Assembly: GCA_030264375.1 (NCBI GenBank)
Contig: JASCQW010000119.1
Span: 11,007,896-11,071,895, forward strand
DNA from: Carcharhinus longimanus
Taxonomy: Eukaryota
Length of the DNA: 64,000 nt
Reading direction: 5' to 3'
Shown: positions 39,560 through 53,905 of the stretch, one piece after another
Numbering within the stretch: the first letter of the stretch is position 1
Layout of the letters: each line of letters begins with the position of its first letter
The notes under the pieces: generated by a model
The model's input: only the letters and a program-made list of their open reading frames with translations
What the model was told of the DNA's origin: nothing
Databases searched by the model: none
Translations under genes and position numbers: made by a program

Positions 39560-40835
39560 GTGGACCTGCTCGAACTAAGAGAAACGCGATGGACATCTTC
39601 AGACCTGAAGAACGTCCGCATAGGAGCGGGATACGATTTACAAACCATCCAGCGAATGTTCCAAAGTGCCTCTACGAAATACTATAACACCCTCCTCAGG
39701 AGACAGATGCAGGACAAGAACGGCAGTTTCCTCGTCATTGTTTAGCCCTTCTCCAGAGCAGAGAAGCTGCGCCTGTCTTTTTTGCAGTCTTCAACATGAC
39801 GTCAATTAGACAAACCTTTGCCAAGTGAATCCCTGTATCTTCGTTACTCACCTTCAAACAACCAACTCAAACAAACCATCGTTTGCAGCCTTCAGGAGAA
39901 CAGCGATTGTGACGCCACACAGTCCTGCTACGGTAACCACTGCAGGACATTCCAGATCATCGATCAAATATAACCATCACACGAGGAAACACCACCTAGC
40001 AAGTACACAGTAAGTACTCATGTCACTCGGCCAAAGTAGTCTACCATGTATGCTTCAGGAAAGGATGCCACAGGGCGTGGTATATCAGCGAAATCGTCTA
40101 GATACTATAGCGATGGGTGAAAGAAAACCACGCAGCAACCGCCAAGCAGGTGTACTCCCTCCCAGTTGGAGGACACTTCAGTGGTCAAGGACATTCAGTC
40201 TCCGATCTTGGAATAAGGCTTCTGCTAGGCAGTCCTCGAGGCGCATAACAATACAGGATCACCGAGCAGAAACAAATGGACAAGTTCCACATTCTTTAAG
40301 GCGGCCTTAACCGTAATCTTAAGTTCCGATCTCGGCTAAATGTAACCCCACCATTTTGTTTGATGGGGGAAGAATCTCACTGACTGTCCTGTTTTAACAC
40401 CATGCACACGTTGGTTATGGGTGACGATCACTCCATCTAATTTATGTTGCATTGCGTTTCACAACATCTCATTCTTTGATTGTTTATAATTTTCTCTCGG
40501 TCTTAATTTATAAGTTCTTAGGTCATTCCTGCACTTATTATTCAGCTGTTGAAACATTGCATATACTGATTACACAACTGTTTGCATTTGTCGATTAGCG
40601 CTCGTGATTACTTGTGAAGCCTTGTTATTCAGCCTGTCTGCACTGTCTGTACTTATCCTTTGGTACTCTGTCGCTACTCCACCAATGTAATCTGTGTCTG
40701 TGCATCTCGCTTCACTTCACCTAACGAAGGAGCAGTGCCCTGAAAGCTTGTGATTTCAAATGAGCACATTAGTCTGTAACCTTGTGCTGTGTGACCACTC
40801 ATATTGTCCACCCTAGTCCAACATCGGCATCTGCA
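39560..40835 (+). mobile_element. Decayed Penelope-like element: GIY-YIG end plus 3' terminal repeat
   Basis: Remnants PVGGHFSGQGHSVSDL and EQKQMDKF...GLNRNL; terminal sequence cacctaacgaaggagcagtgccctgaaagcttgtgatttcaaa. Confidence 0.75.
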
Positions 40836-41290
40836 CGGCATGCCATTTCAATGTTCGCAGAAGAAAACGGCCTGAAAAGAGTACAACAAAAACATTGATA
40901 TGCTTTAGACGTTGAATCAGAAATCGAACTCAGCTTCTGGCGCATAAGAGAGGGTTATCGCGTGGGCTGCTGGCCTAATGTTTCAATTCGTCTCTCCAAA
41001 TAAACAACGAGGGTGGTCAATAATGTTACTATCCACCTTGCATTACTAACCAACCCCAGCCTGTATTCCCTCATAGGCATATCATCTTCCAAAATCTATC
41101 ACTGGAAGCTGCTAGGAGACTGCAAGAAGTGATACAAGCATCACTGAGTTTGTGTTATGAAGCAAGAGGAAAGATAAAATAAGAGACAATTGCACATTCT
41201 AAATTGATTCAAAACAGTGGTTTAACGGAAACCTAATGAGCCAAGAACTACTTATTTGTGAAACTTTTGCATTATTTATCTTTCTCATAG

Positions 41291-41317
41291 AACAAAACCA
41301 AAAGCAGAAGGAGAAAG
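41291..41317 (+). CDS. 27-nt microexon, (E)QNQKQKEK
   Basis: tttatctttctcatag|AACAAAAC...GAGAAAG|gtaaga. Confidence 0.9.
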
Positions 41318-41794
41318 GTAAGAATATCCCAACAAAATAAAATGACCCTTATTTTGTTGACACTGTCCATGAAAGACCGTTGATCGCCCCTCAATAATGC
41401 TCCCAAAAGATTCGATCGATATGTGGGGAATTTTCGCCATGAGGCTTTAAAAAATATGCACGAAAAGTCCAACCAACTATTAAAATGGATTACTTGTTTG
41501 TAACCCGCTAAACAGAAACTACATGGAGAAAATCTCCATTGTTCTAATGTTCATTATAATAATTGGAAGATATTTCTCAACAGGTTGCCGTATTCCTGCC
41601 TCTATTTGTGTCATTATTCGTATGCAGGATTTTTAGAAGCCATTTCTATTTCTTAAATGCCAGTTTGACTATCAGTAGGCCTCATGTTATGCTAGAGAAA
41701 CATATTTCATCCTGACATCTGGTGTCTTCTTTTTAACCTGGGTTAATGCAATCTGGTTATTTGAGTGTGCGATCCTGGGGTTCATAAGAGTGGG

Positions 41795-42300
41795 GTGTGA
41801 TACATTAATTGACAGGAAGAGTCGTGTCACTGGGTGTGGCCAGGCTCACACAGACAACCAAGTTCAGTTGCTACTTGGGACCTCGAGGAACAAGTGGTTA
41901 TCTGTCTCTTTCAATTCTCTAGAGATTGGAGTCTGGAAAAGAACAGAAAATAAGATTATTTAACTAAAATTCTGCTATTCTAACGGCCATGCTGTGTTGC
42001 ATGGCCGTTGGAATACATACATGTTTGTATTTCTGTCCAGAAATGTTAGGCTGGAAGTTTAGCACCCACAAAATCCGAATGTTTTGTAGTAGCTGATGCT
42101 GAAGGGAGATTTAAAATGTGGATAACTGCTGGAAACAGTCCATTTTAAAGCAGTTTAAACAGTGACATTCGGAAGACGATACTTGATACATTAAGGATAG
42201 ATATTCACTGGGGAATGATTAAAGTTAAGTGGATTGGGTTTAGCTGAATATTCCTTTTTGTTAGATGTTACGGTTATGATCAACTAACTGGATTTCTTCT
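41795..42300 (+). mobile_element. Possible LTR-like repeat
   Basis: Starts tgtgata; ggtgtggcc motif; internal hairpin; no coding capacity. Confidence 0.35.
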
Positions 42301-43122
42301 TCATTGTGCTGGTACGGTGGAACAGTGGTATTGGCAGTGGACAAACGATCCAAAGATAATTCGCTGGGGATACACATTTGAATCCTACTTTGGAGATCTT
42401 TAATTTTGAATTCAAACATAAACGGTGATGTTAAATTTGTTGTTTACGGTGAGCCATTTTTGGTTCACTAATATGATCTGGAGAAGAAAACCTGACATAT
42501 TTAATTGGTCCATCCAACACTTAACTCCAAACTTACTGCAATGGGGTTAATTAAAAGCCCTCTCTATGAAAGGATCGAGCAAATCAGTCAGTTCAACTAT
42601 TTATAAGTGTGTGTGTGATTTTTCCAGATTCATTCCTCATTTTACACAATCCATGATAAAAATGTCCAATCTCTAATTCCAACTTGTTTCCCACAGTTAA
42701 CTGTTCCTTTTCTGATTTTATAAGCATGTCTTGATTCAAAGACTGGGTTGTGTGAAAAGTGTTTCCTCTACTGTCATGAAAATTCTCATAACAAGTTAAA
42801 TTTGTTTTATTTTATTTGACAAATCTTCTTCCATTTCGGAGATACAACAAATGATCGGATGATATTAAACATGAATGATTTCAAAAGAAAAATGTAATTC
42901 TGTACAATTTAATAATTGAACTGAAAACACACTAGTAACAAATTATTTTTGGTGTGTGTTTCANNNNNNNNNNGAACCCATTTTCTTCAACCTGCCAATT
43001 AATGTTTTTTTGTATCATCTGTGCATTTCAACAGTGGGACGTTTATCTGGATAACAATGTAAAGAGATTAGATGTTATTATCTAATTCAATACTATAAAT
43101 GCCAGTATTACCTCTTTTTTAG

Positions 43123-43149
43123 AATTCAAAATTCTTTTGCAAAACTGCA
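43123..43149 (+). CDS. 27-nt microexon, (E)FKILLQNC
   Basis: cctcttttttag|AATTCAAA...AACTGCA|gtaagt. Confidence 0.85.
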
Positions 43150-44959
43150 GTAAGTATAACAATCGCAATAATCATGACGCTGTCGGGACACTTTCTCCAA
43201 CATTTTGTATATTACCGATTTGTTGGTTGAATTGAAATGTATGCTGCGGCAAAAAAAATCGGTAAATGTGAACTTCTGGCAAAAGTGCTTTAGTAAGTTT
43301 TCAGCTGAGGTCATTATTAATGTGAGATAGATGGACAGAGCGACTGATGGGTTAAGGTGAAGAAAAGTAGGATGGACGTTATGTGCAGTATATAGTCCTG
43401 GAAAGATTATTTGCAAAGAATACACGATTGTTGTGTTATTGAATTTGTTTGAATCTATCGGAATCCACTGAAAGGATAGCATTACCATCCAACCTCGTTA
43501 TAAATACAAAACAAAGTTCGTGTACAGTGATGAAAGAATTGCACTCAGACCATGGATGGCGTTCAGGGAACGGGTAGGACATGAGGCACCGAACTTGCTA
43601 CCATAAAGATCTGATTGGGCCAAAGGTGTGGTGCACATTCGGCAAACGGATGTAATTGCACCGTAGTGAAATGAAGTGCAAGTCATGTTGTTACGGTTCG
43701 AGAAGACAAGAGAGAGCAATCCTATGCCGACCATAACCACTGCGATAGATCAGTTTGGAAAAGGAGCCACTACTTGCGCCAGAAATATTTTGCAATGCGT
43801 GAGATATAATGCGGATCAGTAAGGACAGAGAGCCCGCGTTCCCGACTAAGGCTATAAAGGATTAAGAAATAAAAAGTTGCATGTACTGGTTACTGTGGAA
43901 TACAGAAGATGCTGTCCGTATTTCATGGGTATTGAAATTCTAAGGTTGAAGGCAGCATACAAGTTTTTTACAGACATGGATGAGTAAAATGGAGGACTTC
44001 ATTAGAGGGTAAATGGCAGATGAAGGAAAGTGTAGTGATGTGGAAATAAGAAGACTGATTTCTAGTTTGAGTGAAGAAATATACACATAGGCTGTGACTG
44101 TTAGGAGGGCTATAATATGGACAACGTGCATTGTTACTAGTAAAAATGATAGGATGACCGTGGGTACAATTACGAGAATGCTGTTCTGGCTCAATGTCGC
44201 TCTTTAGCTATTTTGATGGCATTATTGTTGTTCAAATCCTGGAGAATGTACTCATTCAAAACAATGTCTCATTATAAAATGTTTCTCGGAATTCAGCAAG
44301 CTTCATTAGCAAATTATGTATGAAACATATAGCAAATTTTAATATTGTAGAATCATTGCATTGTGTCATTTCTTATTGACTTGTGAAAGGAAGGCGTATA
44401 GCTGGTATAATGCAGATGTTTAAGGCAAACTAAACAACTAATTGGGTAGTTCTAACAGGGGAGATAAGCTTTAATATTAGAGAAAGATCAAAACAAACGT
44501 TATGCAGCTCAATGAATTTCTACTCATAACAAACGCTGCCCCAATGTCAATTGGGCAAAGAGAAACTGAGATTACAGTCATATGTTAGTAACCAACAAAC
44601 GCATGCATGGGCAGTGCAATTTTCCTGTCAGAGTATCACGTCCCAGTGATATTTCCCATGAACATTACAAATACAATTTGGCTAAAAAAAACAACCGAGA
44701 TATATTAAAACATACAATTTATATTTCATACCTAACCGAAACACATCAGTTTTAAGAAGAAGATTAAAAGATGAGTGTGAGAATTTTAAGTGTTCTCTGA
44801 ATGTACAGTGCTGCCACCAGTTGATAATAATCTTCTTAAGATTGGGATGTGAAAATGAACGAAGGACGAGAATAAAGAAGCATTTAAAAAATAACAGCAT
44901 TTGGCCGAAGGAGCCTGATGGACCATTCATTATGATAAAATCAAATTACTGCGAATGCT

Positions 44960-45460
44960 GGAACATTTATCATGGCTGATTTTCTATCTCTATCTAAATC
45001 ATAAGAAGTTCTCGCCCCTACAATATTTCCTGTCCACAAGTCTATCAATTCATTTTTTAAAATACATTCAGTGATCTGAACTCCACAAAATGACTGACCG
45101 TACGACATAAGTGTATGGCCTCTTTCAGTAGCTGTGAAGTTGATCTGCACTGCGTGGAATTCAAGTTTATAACTTCTTAGATAAGGAGACAAAAACTGCA
45201 CACGGTACTTCAGGGCCCTGTAAAACTGCAGCAAGATTGCCTTCCTCCTGTATACAAAGAAACTTCCAATGAAGCCTAATAATCCATTTGTCTTCCTAAC
45301 TGCTTACTGTATCTGCCTGCTTCCTTTCGACTGGTGTACAGGGGGACCTATGTTCTTTTGTATATCAACAGTTCCCAATATATCACCATTTAAATAATGT
45401 TTGGCGATGCTCTTTTACCCTTACACCTATCCAATTTATGCAGCATCTGACATGCACTTT
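44960..45460 (-). mobile_element. Decayed CR1 LINE fragment
   Basis: Minus-strand ORF LQFYRALKYRVQFLSPYLR resembles the CR1 C-terminus. Confidence 0.65.
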
Positions 45461-46025
45461 CATGTGAAATGGACTCCGTCCCTAATTCCACTATGTGTGC
45501 ACCTATACCTCAGTGTCCGCAGCGGTTCGAGAAGGCATCTCACCACTACCTTCTAAGGGGTAACTAGTGATGGGCAATAAATGCTGGTAAATGAAATATA
45601 ACTTAATATTTCCTCTTAACGAGACTGGTCACCGGTGATTTCTGATGGAAACGAATCTGTTTATATTGTGTCATTCACAAAGGATTAATGTGTATTCATG
45701 CGTATTCAAGCTAAGTCGATGAGGCTGGGTACAGATTATTTGTACAAACATGTATTCAAATGTGGGAATTTTAAATGATTTGAAAGTTTTAATGATGGGG
45801 ATGTCGGCCTGCAGTTACATAATCATCAGCGCCTCCCCCACCCCCTGGCGGCAGCACCACTCATGGGGGAGAGAAAAAAATAAGCAGCGTTGAATGGCAA
45901 TAAAAACGATGTGGTCTGTCGAAAAAGTGAAAACTGGCATCTATTTTTCTGTTATAACGAAATCGATGAGAGAGGGACCAGCACAGCACATGGGGCTCAA
46001 GAGTTCTCTTTCCGTTGTTTCGCAG

Positions 46026-46052
46026 AGGAAGACATAGAGGAAAAAGAATCAG
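46026..46052 (+). CDS. 27-nt microexon, (K)EDIEEKES
   Basis: tttccgttgtttcgcag|AGGAAGAC...GAATCAG|gtaaat. Confidence 0.9.
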
Positions 46053-47337
46053 GTAAATGACAATAGCTAATTCCAATACTCCTCAACCGTTTGGAAGAAT
46101 GTGTGTGAAGTCCCATTAACGGAAAAGATTGAGAGGAATGAGCAAACCAATCTTTCAGATCTTCTCTCTATCCAGTAAGTTAGTCCAAGACCGTTAGTTA
46201 CTGTTTTAATAACCTGTTAGACTGTTGGCATTATTACTATTGTAATAATAATTGCTATGATTCTCATCATTACCATCATTCTTTTAGACTAATATTAGAA
46301 TATCATATTACTGAGTAAGGTTAAAATAGTTTACCGAGCAGAACTATTGTGATCTTTGTAAAAATCCTGAATTGTTCAGTAAAACAATATAACTGCTGAA
46401 CAGTAGGCCTATCCTATTTCTGTCCTGCAGGACAAAGACACAAAAAGTGGCTAACATCCCATTTGGAATTTTAGCCATCGACATGAATACTCGATATTTA
46501 CATATCGTGCCGTCAATTGAGATGTATATAACAGACATAGCGACCGGTTTGGTACACATTCGAAAATGCCCACATAGAAGTTCAGCCTTTAAGTGTTCTT
46601 GGTATCTCAACTAATTTTGCCAATAACATGAGGTTAGGACGCCCTCCTCGAATAAATTCCAAGCTACGATAACATTTTGTGTGGCGTGAATTTTGCGGCC
46701 AACAACTGCTCTCTTGTTTGCAATTCCTGCTGCACAATGTTGAGAGAGAAGCAAAATGGAAAGTTGATGCAACAACCTGTAAGCGAGGAAGTTGACATTG
46801 TTCCAAATGTCCTCACGGGTAATTGTTTCAGGATTCCAGTTAGAGGGGACAATAGGTATTTCCTTTCAAGACTCATCGCTGTGCTTGGAATAATAACAAT
46901 GCCATTTAGATAAATGCTTGATTCAGTAGTGAAGGAGCCGACATCTTGAAGATAGTCGTTACTTCAGTGCGCAGTATGCCCTTGAAACTTGCAGTATAGT
47001 TCCAGAGTGAAATTATTACACGCTAGAAAAAAAAACTCTAGAAACGGAAATATTCCACAGCGTCCGTCTCAGCATTATTGTCAGTAGTGCAATCTATTTT
47101 TAAAATAGCAGGTTAGTCGCTCGCCATCGCTGTACCTTCCTGTGAGTAATCCATTTGTTTCAGCAGAACACTTTATAAATACTTGAAGTGTTTTGCAATT
47201 CCTATGAACAGCCTTGATTGATAAATAAATTTGCAATGACAGAGAGTACAAAAGGTTGTCAATAAACTCGTTATTTTTAAGCATTGAAGATCAATGTTGT
47301 TGAATGCCAGATGTCCCTTATAATAGAGAAAGAAGGC

Positions 47338-47520
47338 CAAGATGTGCGGGCTAGGTTGATTGGCCATGCTAAATTTGTCCCTTAGTGTACTGAGATGCGT
47401 GGATTAGCACGTAAAATATGTAGGGATATTGAGATAGGGCCTGGGTAGGATTGTGGTCGGTGCAGATTGGATGGGCCAAATTGCCCCTTTCTGCACTGTA
47501 GGGTTGCTATGATTTCTGTG
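47338..47520 (+). mobile_element. 5'-truncated HE1-type SINE
   Basis: gatgtgcgggctaggttgattggccatgctaaa ... ctgcactgtagggttgctatgatt. Confidence 0.85.
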
Positions 47521-48539
47521 AAGGCTACACTGCATCGATAGGGTTACTTGGTAAAGCCGAATGTCTTCTCAAAAATCCATCAATTGATTACCTACTTTTT
47601 TTCTATATAATTTACTAACTAATAGCGATAGAGAAAGACTGTTATGTGCACTTGGGTCCAAGATTCAGGATTCAGAAATGTATAGGTCAAGAAGCATTGC
47701 AGCCTACCTAATAACAGGTTGGCTAGGTGTGCTGTTCGTTAGGCAGGAATTAACAATGCCAGTTGAAATGGATGTTTAGAAACGGAAAACAGATTGCAAG
47801 CCTTTTTTTATGTTAAATTCTATCGGCTTGACAGAAGCGGTGCAGACAGCATCTGATCAATGCATCATTACTCCTTGTGCTCCTCCAGAAAAATGCTAAT
47901 ACCCAACCAAGAAGTTCATTTGAAAGTGGGTTAAAGCATTAGTAAGTAATTTGTCGCCAAATATGGTTGTCAGCGTGTGGGACAGTAGAGTTTTAGGTAT
48001 TTGGCAGGCTTTGAATTTTCAAGCATACTTTTAGACTCCGCACCAGAGGGATTTTTTTGTCTTTTTGTATGAAATCTATTTTCCCTAATCAATCAGCAGC
48101 TAAAGTTCATATTTTATGTTTCTGTAAAGCGCAAACATACACTGTGTAGTTTTAAAACAAACAAAAAAAATGAGGTGAATTGCACATGAAGATTCAGTCC
48201 AATTGCAATAATATATTGCAGGACCTGTTGTCATTACAGAACAGAAAATGATTCTAAAACAGGAACCTGTAGAAATCCCAAATGACATGGCCATCAAGGC
48301 ATATGAGCGTCGCTTAAAACAACTGTGCAACAACTTAACTATATAAGCTTTTCATGCAATTTTCGGTTCTCCGGGCACAATTCCAGTATTTATTATAACT
48401 TTCCAGAGGTGAGATTATTGATTTGAGAAGAAGTTGTTACGCTGGAATAAACCAATCTTCCATGAAGGGCAGACATATAATTGTTTTGTTCAGGGCACAG
48501 CAGCAAAAGTAAAATGTGGTTGCACCTGACGCATGGTGA

Positions 48540-50200
48540 AAGATAGCATAAAATATCCATTGGAGAATTTCAGAAATCACAAGCAAATTAAATGTAAATA
48601 TTAATGGAATTTCGGTACCGTAACAATTTCTTGGAACGCCATCGTGGAGGAAAATTTAAATTATGCTGTAAAGAACTTTCTCGACTTGTGTCTTCTGAGT
48701 CCAGCCAGAAACGTGACATTGCTGGACCTGTGTTGAGCGATAAAGCAGGGCATATGGACTGAGTTAGTGCGTGTGAATGTTTGGTTAATTGCTATCATCG
48801 TATCATAAGCCTTTAATGCATGACAGAGAATAACAACGATAAAACTAAAGAAGAAATTTAAAACTATAAGAGCACTGTGTTCAGAGGGCTACAAGTGGAC
48901 CACACAAGAGTAAAGCAGAGGCAAATATGCGTCGGAAAATCTATTAACGAGGAACTGCCTTTGGAGATGAATTATTGTAGGGAGAATTTGGATAGATCCC
49001 TGCACGATCGCAAGTTTTGAAAAACAAATCCAGAATCAATAATTGGCGAGGGAGATAGAAATATAGAAACATAGAAAATAGGAGTTGGAGGAGACCATTA
49101 TCGAATCGTGCACATATGCAAAAAGTCCCTCTGTTCCATTAGCAATTTACCCTGTATGTTATATCTCTTCGCTGTGTTCTTCCCGTCACATTGAGTCGTT
49201 TCACACTTTGTTGCACTGAACCTCATTTACCAATACACCAAAATGACAATTTCAGTTCAAAAAAAAATCTGAGCTTTTCCCTCATAGTTCGCAATGCTGC
49301 CCTGATTCTCATTATCCGAAACTTGAAATTGTGTCCTGTGCGCCAAAGTCTAAGTAATGAACATATTTCACAAATATCATGTATCACCACACTCCGAGTG
49401 AAAGGCTTGCGAGAAAAAAAATCTGGTGGAAGAAACAACACGGTATGTAACTTTTAGAATTAATTAAGGAGAACGGGAACACGTTTGTAAAAATGAGTTG
49501 TTTCCTGCGAATCAAAGGGGATCATTGGATGAAGTCGTAGAAAATGTAAATAGACAGAAGTTGAACTTATATGATTTTAAGAAAAGCATTCAGCAAAATG
49601 AATTAAAACTGTGGTGTAAGAAAATTAAGGATCATGAATTTGGAAGGTCAATGTCAGCTTAAAACGAAAAACTAGCACTTAAAGACAGAATGCAAGGAAC
49701 CATAATGAATGGTTAGCTTGTTCACATATGAGGATTGTATATATGTATACATATATACATACATATATATTCATGTATCTATTCGTATGGTTGACAGTTT
49801 GTGTTTGATCGTGATTGAGTGTATGATTTCCATATTGGGATACAGATTTAAAAAGCTGCATCAGTGTCCCGAAAATACCAATCTACATGACATGATCAGT
49901 TGGCAGAACTGACGGCTGAAACATAGCATAGAACTTCAAATCAATCAATTTGACAGACTTGATTGAAAGGGCAATATACATGAACGGAAAAGTCCTAAAA
50001 TCTGTGCTTACAGAGACTAAGTTGATGATATATATTCAGAGATCTTTGAAGTGGCAGCTATTATTGTGAGGGCAGTCAGCAAATCATGTTGGCGATTTGG
50101 CTGCACAGAGGAATTGAATGCCAAAGCTAGAAATGTATGGTGAAATTTTCTGCACAGAATTAGCCCAGAATTAAACAACTGGATCCAGACTTGGTCACTC
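48540..50200 (+). mobile_element. Highly decayed CR1 LINE fragments
   Basis: Weak endonuclease/RT remnants (GEFQ, LDL, DFKKAF, RPELNNWIQTWS). Confidence 0.5.
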
Positions 50201-50709
50201 TGGAAATGCATGAATGTTCCTCTGAAGAGACTTTTAATATTTTCCTAACAAAATTTGCTGCATCATATTTATCAATGCTGAACTTCAGTAATCTTGCTCT
50301 GCCAAATCTGCGAGTTTATTTAACATCCCCCAGGAATTGTTTGCCACGTTACACAGATTGGCTATCCATGCATTTACATATAGTCTTTTCATTTGCAAAC
50401 TCCAAGCAGTTATTGAAAAGTGTCAACACCCGTATTTCAAGCACTAAACATAGTGGAGTACCTCTTCCCCATGTGGCCCTCTGAACAGCTAATCCCTGCC
50501 CCGTTCTGTCTGCCTTGAAGCCAATTAGCAAATTGCATTGCCTTTTTTTCTTGTAAACCTACGTGGTCAGAATTTCGACCACATAAATGAACGTTGTTTG
50601 AATATACTACTGCTTAAACTCTCGTCGTCAAAGGGGTTTTGGATAATATGGACCATCTTCCATTCATTGGGACCGCCAGAGGAAATTAACGAGGTGTCAA
50701 TAAATTATT

Positions 50710-51295
50710 GAGCCCCTTCAATGCAGAAGGAAGATGTATCCCATCGAGTCCACACTGTCTCTCCAACAGAACGTCCAACCAAGGTCCAATCCCGCCTTAT
50801 ACCAATTACCCAAGTATGTACCATACCAATCACTCTAATCTGTGCACCTTGGACACGAGGAGCGAATTTAGTATGACTGCTGGACCTAACCTGCACATCT
50901 TTGGACTTTGGGCAGAACTCAGGGCACCCAGAGGATATCCATGCAGGCATGGAGGGAAAGTGCAAACTCCAGACAGTCAGTCACCTAGGACGGAATTGAA
51001 CCGCCGTATGGAAGCAATTCCATCTGCTGTTTTGGTCGCCGTACTTACGCAAGGATATTTTGGCCTTGGAGGGAGTGCAGAGGAGGTTTACTCGGCTGAT
51101 ACCGGAGTTGAGGGGGTTGNNNNNNNNNNNNNNNNNNNNNNNNNNNNNNNNNNNNNNNNNNNNNNNNNNNNNNNNNNNNNNNNNNNNNNNNNNNNNNNNN
51201 NNNNNNNNNNNNNNNNNNNTTGAATGGCGGGGCAGGCTCGAAGGGCTGGATGGCCTACTCCTGCTCCTATTTCTTATGTTCTTATATTCTTATGT
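50710..51295. mobile_element. HE1-type SINE (-, about 50710-51003) joined to a CR1 3' end (+, about 51008-51295, spanning the gap)
   Basis: ctgcacatctttggact; ALEGVQRRFTRLIPELRGL; tail gatggcctactcctgctcctatttcttatg. Confidence 0.8.
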
Positions 51296-52663
51296 TACGA
51301 GTGTGAAGAACGTTGAAGATCAGGGCCTCAGACCCAGCAGATGGCTCCTGATCGACAGAGCAGTAGTGATGCATGCCTTTCTGTAGGACTCAGGTATATC
51401 TGCAAAGCACAGAAGGCACTCAAAACCCTGGAGAAGCAGTACCAGCACATTCTCCCCATGGTCAGGAATATCTATTCACAGAATAGGCGCGCTTATTCCG
51501 GTTTCTCACTCAGTCCAGCAACCCCAGCACTGCGGTATTGACAATGCTCAATCAGCTCTGCTAGACATGACAAATCGTCTGCATGCTTCACACAGAACTT
51601 TCACAGTTGGTACCTGTCTCAGAGATTTCGGAGGGCAAATGAGCTAAAAGAAGGTAGCAGAAAAACTTCAAGGACACATTCAACTCCCCTTGAAATAGTG
51701 CAACATCACAACAGACACCTGTGAATTCGAGTTCCAAGACCATCTATGCGGAAGGGAAAGCAATGAGAAAGAAACCGAGTACTTTATGTTTCATTGCCTA
51801 AAGCGCCTAAATGACAGGCGCGCCTGCGGGAATCCCATGTACCTTTTCCTCCGACTATCGGTTCTTCTGCGATCGAGATGATAGGCTCCGTGCTTGACTC
51901 TTCCTTCACCTGAGAATTCATTTTCATTGTGGAAAGTCATTCTCGACTTCAAGAGACTGTCCAAGAAAGGGAAAAAGAATCATAGCGGAGTGTCCCTGAA
52001 GCAGCATTCAATATGCATGTTTTATTATAATGTTCACATTGTTCATTCCAGCTGGAACATCTCTATTTTAATAGCTTACAATAACAGGAGGTTCCCGCAA
52101 TAATTTTTTTTCTTGCCCGCATTAGAGTTGTTTGGATACGTGCTACAAGGTTGTCCCCTTTCTCTAGGCAGTCTGTAACTGGCGTCATAGTCTTACACTA
52201 AGGTTCTAGCTATTGAATGCTGGAACATGGACAACGTTATTCGCCTGGTGAGTTATTGCCCCTTCGGAATTCTCCACACAACAGGATTTTGTACTATCTG
52301 ACTGTGAAAGAACGACAGATTTCTATGTGCTTAAACTATTTAAGTAAATTCGCGATTATGCCGAATTACGCCTAAAGATCACTCTTGGCCGTATTGAATG
52401 ATGGATCAGTAACGAAAAGTTGGTTGTTACGCTTTATTCCGTTGTTCATTTTTTTGCTTGTTTGTTTTTGTATTTGTTACCCTCTTATTTGCTTACGATA
52501 AACAATCGCGAGGATTATTGATTTTATTATTGAAACATGAGGTCATTCGATCCCATTGTCACAGTGCTGGTTTTCTGAATGAGACAATCATTTCAAACCA
52601 CTCCAATTTCTACTCACATTGGACGAAACCTCCTTCCTTTTCAGATATAAAGCCAATTGTCAC

Positions 52664-52805
52664 AGATAAAAGCAAAATACTACGGATGCTGGAATATGAG
52701 AGAAAAACAGCAAAATGGTGGAAAATCTCAGCAGGTCTGCCAGCATCTGTGGAGAGAGAGTAGAGCCAAGCTTTTGAGTCTAGAGATGACCCTTCGTCAC
52801 AGCTG
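52664..52805 (-). repeat. Single Penelope-type terminal repeat
   Basis: aaaagcaaaatactacggatgctgga...ctcagcaggtctgccagcatctgtggagagaga...gatgacccttcgtca. Confidence 0.7.
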
Positions 52806-53244
52806 AGAAGAAAGAGTCAGCCGAGCTTTATACAATGTGATTAGGGAGGGGTGTTGGAATTGCACAAAGTGAATATAAATGAGCATGTAGAATGCTGATA
52901 AGGTGTTGAAAGTTTCCATTAAGGGATCAGAGTGGGTTAATGGCAAAACAAAGTTGCAGCTTGATAAAGGACTGTCTACGTAGTGTGGTACTTAACCTGA
53001 AGAAGGGACGTAGGATGGAAAGAAGGAGGATGATAAAATGGAGAATGGGATCAAATGTAAAGTAATCCAATTACCATTTGAATAAATCGAGTGAACCAAA
53101 CTTCACCGCGACATTTTTGGAAGACATTTGACCTATTCAACCCTTCACTGCGTGGAAGTTTTTTTATTCACATGTCTGCATTGCTGATTTGGTAATTAAA
53201 TTACACCTGCACACCTTTGTTTTCGATTCTTCCACTGGTGGTAC

Positions 53245-53602
53245 AGGACAACACGGTCGAACAGTGTTGGCATTGTTGCTTCAGGGCGCCAGGGACCCGC
53301 GTTCAATCCTGCCTTCAGCAACTGTATGGATTTTGAATGTTGTTGCCCTGAGTCTCCTCCTGATGCTTCCGTTCTCACTGTAACTTTCCTCCGGATGCTC
53401 GTGTTTTCTATAGTCCAAAGGTGTACAAACTGGTTGGATTAGCCATGCTAAACTGCCTTTCAGCGTCCGAAAATTGTAGATTAGGGGATTTAGCTTTGGA
53501 TAAAACCTGAGTAGAGCTGTATTGAAGGGTCTGTGCAGATTCAAAGGACTAAATAGCCCCTCCTTTTATGTGTGTGTGTGTGTGTGTGTGTATTTATATA
53601 TA
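53245..53602 (+). mobile_element. Degenerate HE1-type SINE followed by (TG)n/(TA)n
   Basis: Head and tail similarity to the other copies; tgtgtg run at about 53568-53592. Confidence 0.65.
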
Positions 53603-53905
53603 CATATCCCCACGGCCTTCCCTCATTGATATTTTTGCACTTGCATCTTCTTTTTCTGATGAGACTGCTGTGAGGATATTTCATCACGTGCTATTATTTA
53701 ACTATTGGTTAAACGTTGACCAGTAGTGTAATAGCCCCAGTATGACCAGTTCGTTTAGGTCACAAATCAACTTGGCGCTGTCATCATGTTATCCGGAAGT
53801 TCGCTTTTCAATATGCATGGCTTGCTTACTTGAATTTCCTTACTTTGTCCGATTATGCTTTTTTTCCTGTATTTCAATGTGATGTCACCCATGTTTTGTT
53901 TTCAG

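Noticed and set aside
43320-44200. Long semi-open stretch suggesting an endogenous virus or transposase
   Set aside because: Several stops, and the remnants fit a very old CR1 RT fragment better.
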